DNA of 38,375 nt from Eubacteriales bacterium (GCA_045653865.1 JAZOMJ010000173.1:1-38375); one strand, 5' to 3'; shown: positions 1 through 7,903, numbered from the stretch's first letter. Numbers and translations are program-made. The notes: generated by a model from the sequence alone, not told the origin.

Positions 1-706
1 TACAATACTCGGTTGCTTGAATGAGATACTGTGCAGAACGCACAATGCGAATGACCGAGAAGATGCCAAGGGAAACGGTAAGATAACGTTCTCCGTCTCT
101 ATCATTGCTCCCAAAGCAAAGAGGTGCTTCGAGACAAGAAAGTACGGGCTTGGGAATGTCACTTTCGTGGCAGCAACAACAGCATTTGCATTCGCTGACA
201 CGCTCTACGATGCGTGTACCGAGAATAACGGGAGAAACAACCTCAACAATTGCGGTGGGTTCGTTTTCTTCGTCGCTTTCCTGCGGTGTGCAACCGCAAA
301 AGTTTTCGCCAACACCGTGACTCTTAAATACGCTGACATTGCTTTCGCCACCGTAAAGGATCACACGCTTTTCAAGCACGGTGATGCCCTCAATCTCTTG
401 CGAACGTCCTACGCAAACGCAAGCCTCAAACACAAGTTTTACGTAAAAACGAATATTAACCGAGTAAAATCCGCGGTTGAAACGAATGGGCTCAATATCG
501 ATACAAGTCCAAACAATTTTGGCACTCTTGGCACGAATGTTGCTGGTGTGCTCCAATACTTCGTTGCCAAAATCCGAAAGATAAACGCGTGCATTTTCAA
601 AGCAATCGCGGTCGCGGCAGGAATCCAGAACGCGATTTGTGTCAATGCATACGGTTTCGCGTGCAGGAGAGCACCCCGGCACGCAAGAAAATTTATTTTC
701 TGCCAT
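1..706 (-). CDS. Cysteine-rich conserved hypothetical protein, N-terminal 235 codons (C-terminus lies beyond the left window edge)
   Basis: ATG at 706-704 lies 8 nt downstream of AAGGAG (reverse complement of 715-720). The frame stays open to the window edge. My own translation is MAENKFSCVPGCSPARETVCIDTNRVLDSCRDRDCFENARVYLSDFGNEVLEH...VSECKCCCCCHESDIPKP.... It is absent from the ORF track because it has no in-window stop; track ORF 17..724(+) is its antisense shadow. Confidence 0.6.
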   Translation of the reverse strand, partial: MAENKFSCVPGCSPARETVCIDTNRVLDSCRDRDCFENARVYLSDFGNEVLEHTSNIRAKSAKIVWTCIDIEPIRFNRGFYSVNIRFYVKLVFEACVCVGRSQEIEGITVLEKRVILYGGESNVSVFKSHGVGENFCGCTPQESDEENEPTAIVEVVSPVILGTRIVERVSECKCCCCCHESDIPKPVLSCLEAPLCFGSNDRDGERYLTVSLGIFSVIRIVRSAQYLIQATEYC

Positions 707-852
707 AGCCAAATCTCCTTTTGAATAAATTCAGAGAACTACTCTCTTTGCTAATATTCTATGCTTGGCGCGGTGAAATGACACCGAAATTTTCCTTTTT
801 TCGACCAAAAGTTTTGTTCTCATTTCCTTCAAAAAAAGTTTAAGCAATTTTC

Positions 853-881
853 TTGCATTTTGATGAAAAAAAGTTTATAAT
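853..881 (+). promoter_or_regulatory. SigmaA-type promoter for the 916..2298 lipoprotein gene
   Basis: -35 TTGCAT (853-858), 17-nt spacer, -10 TATAAT (876-881). Confidence 0.5.
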
Positions 882-915
882 ATAGTTAGTTTATTGATGA
901 AAGGCAGGTTATCAC

Positions 916-2298
916 ATGCTAAAAAAGATTTTCCTCTTCGTTTTGGTTGTGGCAATGCTCACGCTTTCCTCTTGCAAGGTTGTTGAGGTAATCGACCACG
1001 GCAATACGCAACCCGAAGAAACCACACCTCCCACAGAAACCACTCCGCCCAAAGAATACGATCCTTGGGGCATTTGGTACTCTTATGATGCCTCTAGCGC
1101 CCTTGAACTGACGCAAGGCAGTAACAAAGCAAAACTTTATTACCTTACAACGGGCTACTATGAATACAATGATGTGAAAGAAGTGGATTGCGTTTACGAT
1201 GGCAATACACTCTTTACACTTTCCTATCAAAATGAAAGCATTGTTTGCGTATTCGATAAGTTGCAAGATACCCTGACCATTTCGGGAACGGTCTATACGC
1301 ATCAAACAGTGGCGCCCACAGAGCATCCCACATATGCTTTGCCCAATTATGCCGAACTCGACCCATCTTCTTATATTACGATTGGAGAAATTGATTTTGA
1401 TTCGATTGCCCCGCTCGTGTTTGAGGTTACTCCCTACAAAATTGCAAACACGTTTTATGGTGGCATTCAACATGCTCCCTTTGCTGAGGAGATTTCCCGT
1501 CCTGCGCAAAAAGGCGACTGTGTAAAAATTGACTATTGCGGAAAATTGGACGGTGTTGCGTTCCAAGGAGGAACCGCAAACGGTGTTTCAATCTTTATTT
1601 CGGAGTATGACAACAAATATATCCCCGGTTTTATAGATGGCATTATTGGTCACAGCGTTGGCGAAACCTTTGATGTAAACGTAACCTTCCCCGAAAGCTA
1701 CCACGCAACCGATCTTGCAGGAAAAGCAGTTGTATTTACAATGACTCTCCACGGCATTTATGACCTTTCTTTGACAGATGAACAAGTAAACGCATTTAAA
1801 AGTCCCACATACACAACCTATGCCGAGTGGCTAAAAGGTGAGCAGTTGTCTCTCACCGAAGAACTCTTCACCAATGAAGTTCTCAAAGCAACCACCACTA
1901 CAACACCGATTCCTGCCGATACCTATCTCTACTATTACCAACAAGCAATAGATTACTATCACTTGCTCTCCTACTATTACGGCATCAGCCTTGACTATTT
2001 GCTGTACTACTATGGCTTGAGTGAAACAATCCTTATGCAGCGCGCCCTCAACCAAGCAACTTATAATATGGCTCTGTTTGTTTTGATGGAACAAGAGGGA
2101 CTTTCTTGGACGGATGAAGAATTCACCCAAAAATATGACGCGTATGTAGCGGAATATCTTTCCGCCAACAAGGATGCATCCCAAGAGGATGCACAAGCTT
2201 ATGCCGACGGAATGAAGGGTCAAATTGAACTTGACCTAACTGAAGAAAAGGTATTGGTTTGGTCGTTTGGCAAGATCTTCCCTGCCGAAAACGAATAA
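916..2298 (+). CDS. Lipoprotein with trigger-factor-like FKBP-type peptidyl-prolyl isomerase domain and TF-like C-terminal region
   Basis: Lipobox signal MLKKIFLFVLVVAMLTLSSC. The segment GDCVKIDYCGKLDGVAFQGGTANG...YIPGFIDGIIGHSVGETFDVNVTFPESYHATDLAGKAVVFTMTLHGIY aligns closely with the trigger factor PPIase domain (GDxVxIDFxGxxDGxxFxGG...FIPGFExQLxG...FPEDYHAxxLAGKxAxF). Confidence 0.75.
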   Translation: MLKKIFLFVLVVAMLTLSSCKVVEVIDHGNTQPEETTPPTETTPPKEYDPWGIWYSYDASSALELTQGSNKAKLYYLTTGYYEYNDVKEVDCVYDGNTLFTLSYQNESIVCVFDKLQDTLTISGTVYTHQTVAPTEHPTYALPNYAELDPSSYITIGEIDFDSIAPLVFEVTPYKIANTFYGGIQHAPFAEEISRPAQKGDCVKIDYCGKLDGVAFQGGTANGVSIFISEYDNKYIPGFIDGIIGHSVGETFDVNVTFPESYHATDLAGKAVVFTMTLHGIYDLSLTDEQVNAFKSPTYTTYAEWLKGEQLSLTEELFTNEVLKATTTTTPIPADTYLYYYQQAIDYYHLLSYYYGISLDYLLYYYGLSETILMQRALNQATYNMALFVLMEQEGLSWTDEEFTQKYDAYVAEYLSANKDASQEDAQAYADGMKGQIELDLTEEKVLVWSFGKIFPAENE

Positions 2299-2303
2299 AA
2301 CCC

Positions 2304-2345
2304 AAGAGGAAATCTTTATAAGTGTGAAGATTTCCTCTTTTTTTG
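2304..2345 (+). terminator. Rho-independent terminator
   Basis: 12-bp perfect stem AAGAGGAAATCT (2304-2315) / AGATTTCCTCTT (2328-2339), followed by a T-run. Confidence 0.7.
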
Positions 2346-2378
2346 ATGCTTCTTGTCTATTTTTGCGATAAACAACAG

Positions 2379-2407
2379 TTGACAAACGCAACAAAATACT
2401 GTATAAT
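2379..2407 (+). promoter_or_regulatory. SigmaA consensus promoter of ssrA
   Basis: -35 TTGACA (2379-2384), 17-nt spacer, -10 TATAAT (2402-2407), about 18 nt upstream of the mature tmRNA 5' end. Confidence 0.65.
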
Positions 2408-2424
2408 ATATAGGCACACCACAT

Positions 2425-2816
2425 GGGGGTGCAATGGTTTCGACGGGGATTCTGAAACACGATAAGCGTGGCGAGCCGGGTAATCTCGTAAACTGCCCAA
2501 ACTTTTAAAAATAAACGACAACAATTCTGTTGCTATGGCTGCCTAATCTTTACGCGTTAGCGTAAAGATGGCAGTGCGGTGCGGTGGGGCTCACCCGTTC
2601 CTCCGATGAGTACCACGGCTTCGGACTGAGCGTCATTTGAGTGGTGCACGTGCATCGGCCGTTCGCACTTGAGCCGATCATGCAAAAAAGGGCTACCTGA
2701 CGGGATAGCGTGTCTGTTCGCGCTCTCAGACGGGACTTCTAAATAACAGACTGTCCACGAAGAAAGTTGTGTGGATGGGTTTTCGGACAGGAGTTCGATT
2801 CTCCTCACTTCCACCA
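2425..2816 (+). ncRNA. ssrA: tmRNA (transfer-messenger RNA, SsrA)
   Basis: The 5' end GGGGGTGCAATGGTTTCGACGGGG pairs with the 3' end CACTTCC-A-CCA, forming an acceptor stem with a G3:U pair. T-arm is GGAGTTCGATTCTCC. An internal tag frame ends ...AAC GAC AAC AAT TCT GTT GCT ATG GCT GCC TAA (2514-2546), giving ...NDNNSVAMAA-stop, the usual hydrophobic ..AA degron end. The exact resume codon is not certain. Confidence 0.92.
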
Positions 2817-2820
2817 AAAA

Positions 2821-2856
2821 AGACTGTAATTTTGATACAAAATTGCAGTCTTTTTT
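2821..2856 (+). terminator. Rho-independent terminator of ssrA
   Basis: Stem AGACTGTAATTTT (2821-2833) / AAAATTGCAGTCT (2839-2851, one G-U pair), followed by TTTTTT. Confidence 0.7.
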
Positions 2857-2860
2857 AACT

Positions 2861-3048
2861 AAATCCGCCTTCGTCGAAATAAATCCACTTTCGTGGATGA
2901 AATCGCTTTGCGATGAAATCTTGCTTCGCAAGGTTAAGAAGAGGCGGATTTAATTTCATCTGAGGCGCTATGCCGAAGATTTCATCCAAACTCGTTTGGA
3001 TTTCATCCTGCAAAGCAGGATTTCATTAAATCGGGATGGTTTTCATCC
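2861..3048. repeat. Array of short palindromes (ATC...GAT) joined by GAA (first half) or TTC (second half) linkers; recurring motif GGATTTCATCC / GGATGAAATC
   Basis: Hairpins or palindromes at 2883-2898, 2902-2914, 2918-2934, 2984-3001, 3005-3021 and 3034-3048. An outer 10-bp pairing AAATCCGCCT (2861-2870) / AGGCGGATTT (2942-2951) encloses the first three. No convincing ORF is present. Confidence 0.6.
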
Positions 3049-3199
3049 TTGTAAGCCTTTTTTTGTTTTATGGCTGTAAATTATGGCAGCAACCCCTGCT
3101 CGTTTTCAAAGAAAACGAGCATAACGCGCTCCGTGTGCAGAATATCTTGCTGAATAATCGGCGCGTTTGAGTTCTGATTTCCCATTTCTATTCAAATCG

Positions 3200-3228
3200 T
3201 TGACAAAATTTACATTTTATGATATCAT
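3200..3228 (+). promoter_or_regulatory. SigmaA promoter with extended -10 for the 3288..4286 gene
   Basis: -35 TTGACA (3200-3205), 17-nt spacer, TGaTATCAT (3220-3228). Confidence 0.55.
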
Positions 3229-3287
3229 ATAAATAGTTAAACAGCTTTGCTTGACTACGCATCTTTTTATTTCAGGAGGAAAGAAAA

Positions 3288-4286
3288 ATGACAAGAACAC
3301 TGACTATTTTAATTTGCGCCATTATGTGCGTAACGCTCCTTGCGTCTTGTTCCCTTTTGCCTTTCAAACAAGAAGATGAAAGCGAACACGAGCACACAAA
3401 AGGCAATTGGATAGGTGATGTACACGGTCATTGGCAACCGGAATTCTGTAGTTTAGACGGTTGCGTTTTTGGACCTTCGAAAAAAGAATATCATATTGAC
3501 AATGACGCAAACAACGTCTGTGACATTTGCGCCTATCAATATGAGTATATTTTCAAGCTGAATGCCGACAAAACAGAATACGAGCTTGACAGTGTCGGTC
3601 CCGGATATAAGGGCGGCAAGGTAGTTATCCCTGCAGAGCATAACGGACTTCCCGTTACAGAGATTGGATACGGCGTATTCAAAAGCGATGATTACAAGCT
3701 GACTTCCGTAGTGATTCCCGATAGCATTACGCTGATTGACGATGATGCGTTTGAAAACCAGACCGCCCTTACAAGCATTATTGTAGGAAAGAATGTTGTC
3801 ACCATCGGAGTGAGTGCGTTTGAGGGTTGCACGAATCTGCAAACCGTTATCATCGGCGATGCTACCGAAAACATCTACGCTCACGCTTTTGACGGCTGTA
3901 CAGCGCTGGAAACCGTTATTCTTGGTAACAACATCAAGAAAATCGGCGGTTCGGCATTTGAGGAATGCACAAGTCTTAAGACGATAACAATCCCTGCCTC
4001 TATCGAGGCGTTAGGCGCGTGGGTCTTTTACGGAAGCAGTGTCACCAATATTTACTTTGGCGTTTCTGCTCCCACAGAAATTTGGGATGAGAAATGGGCA
4101 GAGGGTCTTCGTGAGAACGTAAACATCAATTGGACAAAGACAGCCGAATGCAATCATCAATGGGACGATGGTGTGGAAATTGAGAGCGGAACCGGTGCTT
4201 ATAGAATGGAATATACTTGCCAATTGTGCGGTGAGAAAACCCAAGAAATCATAACCATTATTCCGCCGGAAGGACCGGAAAGCTAA
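3288..4286 (+). CDS. BspA-type leucine-rich-repeat lipoprotein with N- and C-terminal Cys/His modules
   Basis: RBS AGGAGGA. Lipobox MTRTLTILICAIMCVTLLASC. LRR_5/BspA-like repeats: VVIPDSITLIDDDAFENQTALTSIIVGKNVVTIGVSAFEGCTNLQTVIIGD...IGGSAFEECTSLKTITIPASI. Cys/His modules lie at 3384-3533 and 4143-4253. Confidence 0.75.
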   Translation: MTRTLTILICAIMCVTLLASCSLLPFKQEDESEHEHTKGNWIGDVHGHWQPEFCSLDGCVFGPSKKEYHIDNDANNVCDICAYQYEYIFKLNADKTEYELDSVGPGYKGGKVVIPAEHNGLPVTEIGYGVFKSDDYKLTSVVIPDSITLIDDDAFENQTALTSIIVGKNVVTIGVSAFEGCTNLQTVIIGDATENIYAHAFDGCTALETVILGNNIKKIGGSAFEECTSLKTITIPASIEALGAWVFYGSSVTNIYFGVSAPTEIWDEKWAEGLRENVNINWTKTAECNHQWDDGVEIESGTGAYRMEYTCQLCGEKTQEIITIIPPEGPES

Positions 4287-4316
4287 ACCAAATTTCTCAT
4301 GTGAATTTATATAAAA

Positions 4317-4359
4317 CACAACAGCGGCAAACTGCAAATTGTAGTCTGCCGCTGTTGTG
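4317..4359 (+). terminator. Terminator hairpin (weak T-tract)
   Basis: 13-bp perfect stem CACAACAGCGGCA (4317-4329) / TGCCGCTGTTGTG (4347-4359). The downstream T-run is poor. Confidence 0.5.
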
Positions 4360-4381
4360 CTATCAAATTTCAATCAACCTA

Positions 4382-4410
4382 TTTACATTTGCCGCTTTGT
4401 GTGCTATAAT
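4382..4410 (+). promoter_or_regulatory. SigmaA promoter with extended -10 for the 4446..7832 gene
   Basis: -35 TTTACA (4382-4387), 17-nt spacer, TGcTATAAT (4402-4410). Confidence 0.5.
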
Positions 4411-4445
4411 AAAAGCAATACTTCACTTTTACTTGGAGGGTTAAT

Positions 4446-7400
4446 ATGAAACGACCTATAAAAATATCAGCGTTTTTATTGGCATTTTCCATTTTGTTGG
4501 GCATTGCACCTACGGTATTTGCCGAGGAATTGCCATCGGCAATCATCGACGAAAATTTCGACAATATGACGCGCAATCAAGAACCCGACGGCTGGGTGGT
4601 TGAACCCATTGGTCGCAATGACGCAGGAGTCATGGTAACTGCATCACCAAACAGTATTCAAGGAGGTAATGCTATGCGCATTGAAGACAATTCAACTGAA
4701 TTTGAAAAGCCTGCTCTGGCTTGCAAAACCTTTGCGCCATTGGCTGATGTAACTCTTTCGTTTGACTATTATTTGGAAAGCGTAAAAGGTGCAAACGCGT
4801 TTGCACTTGCCAGCGGTGGTTCTGCCACGCGGCAAAAGCGTGTCAACATTGCTACATTTGACAATGGAGACGAAACTGCAACCTTGAAATATTTTGACAC
4901 CGCGCAATATAAGTGGATTGCCACGCCCAAAACAGACATGCAAAAAGGAACTTGGTATTCATTCAAAATCATCACAAATGCCAATTCCGGCTCTGCAGAT
5001 CTCTACCTCGACGGCACCAAGCTTTGCGAAATTTGGGCTGACCAAAGCATTTTGACGGTTGATAGGGTTCTTTTTCATACCAATAGCAAAGCAAGTATCA
5101 ATGATGTATTTTATATCGACAATGTAAAGGTGGCAAAGGCGGTATCCTCTGTTACCGATTACGCGATTGAAGCGTGCGAAAGCGGAAAATTCGGTTTTAC
5201 CGCAACACTTTCGAATGTAAGTGACTTTGAATTTGCTTTGATGTCAAACAACACCTATGCTTTTTCGATTTCTGCCAACGAGGACGGCACTCTTTGCTAC
5301 CGTCGCGATAACCTTTGGATTCCTTTTAGTGCCGCGGGTGCAGTTCGTGCCAATCAAGAATTGAAAATTGCAATTGATTTGCCTCCCGAACGAAACGTTG
5401 ATTATGCACGCGTATATGTCAATGACGTTTATGTGGGAATGGCAATTTACACAAACAAGTTCACTACCATTACTGCCCTTCGCTTTGAAAGTGGCGAAAC
5501 CTTTCGCGTTTGTGACATTTGGACGGGAGATTCGGATGGCATTACACAAATGCCCGCCCGCACCGAAAGCCAACCCGTGGTATACGTTCCCGAGGTGATT
5601 CCCTCTACTTCTTTGACCTGCAGGTTGGATTACGAACCTCAAATCGGTGTTATGTACCCCGATGACGGTGATGTTTATTTGGATACGAGAGTCACAAGTG
5701 TTGGTGTAGACCTTGGCTACAAGCAAAAGGTCAATGCCATTCGACTCTATGACAGCGACAACGAGGTTTTCCCCCGCGCCAACCATTTTACCGTTTGGCA
5801 AAGTGATGACAATCAAAATTGGAAAGAAATCAGCGGCTTCCTCTTCAATCGCATCACCGAAGACAACAAATGCCAAATTTTGATTGAATTTTCGGGCGTT
5901 GAAGCGCGTTATATCAAAGTCAATTACACCGATTTTGACGGAGAATCCAGCATTCATTTGACAAATCTTGCCACCTGCATTCGTGCGGAACGCTATATTA
6001 CACGTCAATGGCAACTCGCCGCTACGCCTATGCTTGCACAAAATGACCTCTCCCCCAATTCAACCTCAATGGCGCAGGTCCTCAAACAAGAACCCCTCAC
6101 GGTTGTCAAAGGTGATAGCATCGGGCTTTGGTTTGGCATTCACAGTGCAGTGGAAGCAATTGAAATACAAGCCGACGGCATCGATGCACTCGGTAAGGAT
6201 GCCTTTGCACTCTATTACAGTAATGATAACGTAACGTATACGCAAATCGAAAACACAACCTTGAGCCTTGGTGATGGCACCTGGCGTTTGACCTTTGATA
6301 GCATTCAATGCGGTTATTTAAAGCTTTATGCTATCGCTGATGCAAGCATTTCCTTGGCAAGTCTTGCAGATGGTATTCACGCGTATTCCTCGCAAGAGGT
6401 TCTCACAGGACATATTATGCAATCGACCGACAGAGGCGCTGACGGAGACTTTTACGCAATGCCCGATGGAACACTTGTTGCGGCTTACAACGGTTTTTCT
6501 TCTCAAGTCGGTTCTAGCGGTGGTGGCGATGCCTCCGATGCTTCCCTCAATTTCTTCACATCCACAGATGGTGGATATACTTGGAGTGCAGGTGAGAGCT
6601 TCTTGCTCAAAAATGAAGGCAGCTTGAACATACTCAATCCCACCTATATTTGGCTTGCAAACGGCGAACTTGGTCTGATTTATTGCGAAAAGGAAGAAGC
6701 CGAGATTTGCAACATTTACATTCGCCGCTCCACCGATTACGGAGCAACCTGGGGAGATGCGCAACGCATTACCGATGCACCGCAAGGCTACACTATTCTG
6801 CCAAGCGGCCACCGTGTTCTTCGTCTTTCTTCCGGTCGCATTTTGTTGCCGGTTGCCTATTCGGTTACTGTAAATGACGTTTATGGCTCTGACCGTGCCA
6901 TCGGTTACGTTTGGTATTCGGATGACGAAGGTTATACTTGGCACCGTTCTACGGATGCTTTGACACTTCCCCACGCGGCACTGGAACCCTCTGTGGCAGA
7001 GCTTTCCAACGGAAATATTTTGCTCTCTTTGCGCACCCGTGAAGAACGCGTGATTTATCAATCCATTTCCACCGACGGTGGTTTGACTTGGGCACAACCT
7101 GTTAAAACCGATATTCAATCGCCCAGTGCAACCAACACCGTTATGGCACTCCCCGCAACGGGGGATATTGCTCTGTTTTGGAACAATGATTTCTCTGCAA
7201 GCGGTTCCGAAAGACGCCCCTTGACGGTTATTCTTTCTTCGGACGATGGCCTTACTTACCACAACATTCGCAGTTTGGTGGATTGTGATTATCCCACACC
7301 TTGGCCAAGCGTTGCTTTTTATGGCAGAAGCGTATTTTTGATGCACGGAAACGAAACCCACGTGCGTGTGTTTGATATTGCCACACTCTACCAAACCACA

Positions 7401-7832
7401 TCGGGCAAAACAACCACCGCTGACCTCCCTCTTGCAGCAACACCAACGGCTGTTTTGGATGAAGAGAGCGGATGGCTCACGGGGCTTTCTGACACAATGC
7501 AGTATTCTCTTGACGGTGGCAAAACTTGGGTGTTTGCAGGTGGTAATCGCGTGCTCCTCAATCTTGAAACCGTTAGCGAGAATGAGATATTCATCAAAGA
7601 TATTGGTACCGCCCAAACGGCGCCCTCAAATGCACAAAGCATTCCACTCGCTAGAAAGGATACAGAGCAACAAACTCCCGAGACTCCCACAACGCCCGAC
7701 ATCCCCGAAAACCCGACTGTACAAGATAAGCAACCTACCAATTCGATTGAAAAAATTACCGCTTTTGCAATTGGTTGTGCCCTGGCAGTGGGTTTGATTA
7801 CCTTTATCATCATCAAACGCAAAAAGAGCTAA
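4446..7832 (+). CDS. Secreted BNR/Asp-box beta-propeller protein (sialidase superfamily-like) with N-terminal lectin/CBM-like domains, Pro/Thr linker and C-terminal transmembrane anchor
   Basis: Signal peptide MKRPIKISAFLLAFSILLGIAPTVFA-EE. Asp-boxes STDGGYTW, STDYGATW, SDDEGYTW, STDGGLTW, SSDDGLTY and SLDGGKTW. Discoidin/CBM-like segment AIRLYDSDNEVFPRANHFTVWQSDDNQNWKEI. C-terminus PETPTTPDIPENPTV...ITAFAIGCALAVGLITFIIIKRKKS. Confidence 0.75.
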   Translation: MKRPIKISAFLLAFSILLGIAPTVFAEELPSAIIDENFDNMTRNQEPDGWVVEPIGRNDAGVMVTASPNSIQGGNAMRIEDNSTEFEKPALACKTFAPLADVTLSFDYYLESVKGANAFALASGGSATRQKRVNIATFDNGDETATLKYFDTAQYKWIATPKTDMQKGTWYSFKIITNANSGSADLYLDGTKLCEIWADQSILTVDRVLFHTNSKASINDVFYIDNVKVAKAVSSVTDYAIEACESGKFGFTATLSNVSDFEFALMSNNTYAFSISANEDGTLCYRRDNLWIPFSAAGAVRANQELKIAIDLPPERNVDYARVYVNDVYVGMAIYTNKFTTITALRFESGETFRVCDIWTGDSDGITQMPARTESQPVVYVPEVIPSTSLTCRLDYEPQIGVMYPDDGDVYLDTRVTSVGVDLGYKQKVNAIRLYDSDNEVFPRANHFTVWQSDDNQNWKEISGFLFNRITEDNKCQILIEFSGVEARYIKVNYTDFDGESSIHLTNLATCIRAERYITRQWQLAATPMLAQNDLSPNSTSMAQVLKQEPLTVVKGDSIGLWFGIHSAVEAIEIQADGIDALGKDAFALYYSNDNVTYTQIENTTLSLGDGTWRLTFDSIQCGYLKLYAIADASISLASLADGIHAYSSQEVLTGHIMQSTDRGADGDFYAMPDGTLVAAYNGFSSQVGSSGGGDASDASLNFFTSTDGGYTWSAGESFLLKNEGSLNILNPTYIWLANGELGLIYCEKEEAEICNIYIRRSTDYGATWGDAQRITDAPQGYTILPSGHRVLRLSSGRILLPVAYSVTVNDVYGSDRAIGYVWYSDDEGYTWHRSTDALTLPHAALEPSVAELSNGNILLSLRTREERVIYQSISTDGGLTWAQPVKTDIQSPSATNTVMALPATGDIALFWNNDFSASGSERRPLTVILSSDDGLTYHNIRSLVDCDYPTPWPSVAFYGRSVFLMHGNETHVRVFDIATLYQTTSGKTTTADLPLAATPTAVLDEESGWLTGLSDTMQYSLDGGKTWVFAGGNRVLLNLETVSENEIFIKDIGTAQTAPSNAQSIPLARKDTEQQTPETPTTPDIPENPTVQDKQPTNSIEKITAFAIGCALAVGLITFIIIKRKKS

Positions 7833-7851
7833 TCGCAGTCTCAAAATTTTA

Positions 7852-7881
7852 AGGGAAGACATTCTATAAAATGTCTTCCCT
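7852..7881. terminator. Bidirectional terminator between convergent genes
   Basis: 11-bp perfect stem AGGGAAGACAT (7852-7862) / ATGTCTTCCCT (7871-7881), flanked by an A-rich run on the left and a T-rich run on the right. Confidence 0.6.
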
Positions 7882-7903
7882 CTTTGTTTTCTTCAATATC
7901 AAA

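Noticed and set aside
17-724. Track ORF of 235 aa on the plus strand
   Set aside because: It has a TTG start and no RBS, and its composition is odd and low in information. The opposite strand has an AAGGAG-ATG start at 706 and encodes a coherent Cys-rich protein, so this ORF is an antisense shadow.
2861-2951. Cloverleaf-like fold (10-bp closing stem plus three hairpins), considered as a tRNA or tRNA-like gene
   Set aside because: The hairpin loops are only 3-4 nt. There are no D-loop or T-loop consensus sequences (GTTCRANYC), no anticodon loop and no CCA context. It is not a tRNA.
2557-2953. Track ORFs 2557..2931(-) and 2771..2953(+)
   Set aside because: Both overlap the tmRNA gene and its terminator. 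Neither has an RBS, and the region is explained by ssrA.
2861-3048. Possible CRISPR array
   Set aside because: The repeat core is only about 11 nt and the variable parts are 7-10 nt palindromes, which is far too short for CRISPR repeats and spacers. No cas genes are present in the window.
3098-3120. 10-bp perfect hairpin GCTCGTTTTC-AAA-GAAAACGAGC
   Set aside because: There is no U-tract on either strand and no adjacent gene end to terminate, so it cannot be assigned a function. I record it only as an inverted repeat.
5244-7616. Long minus-strand track ORFs (5244..6041, 6318..7616) inside the BNR gene
   Set aside because: They are antisense to a gene with strong motif support (signal peptide, Asp-boxes). 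Their products are Arg/Cys/Asn-rich with no motifs or RBS.
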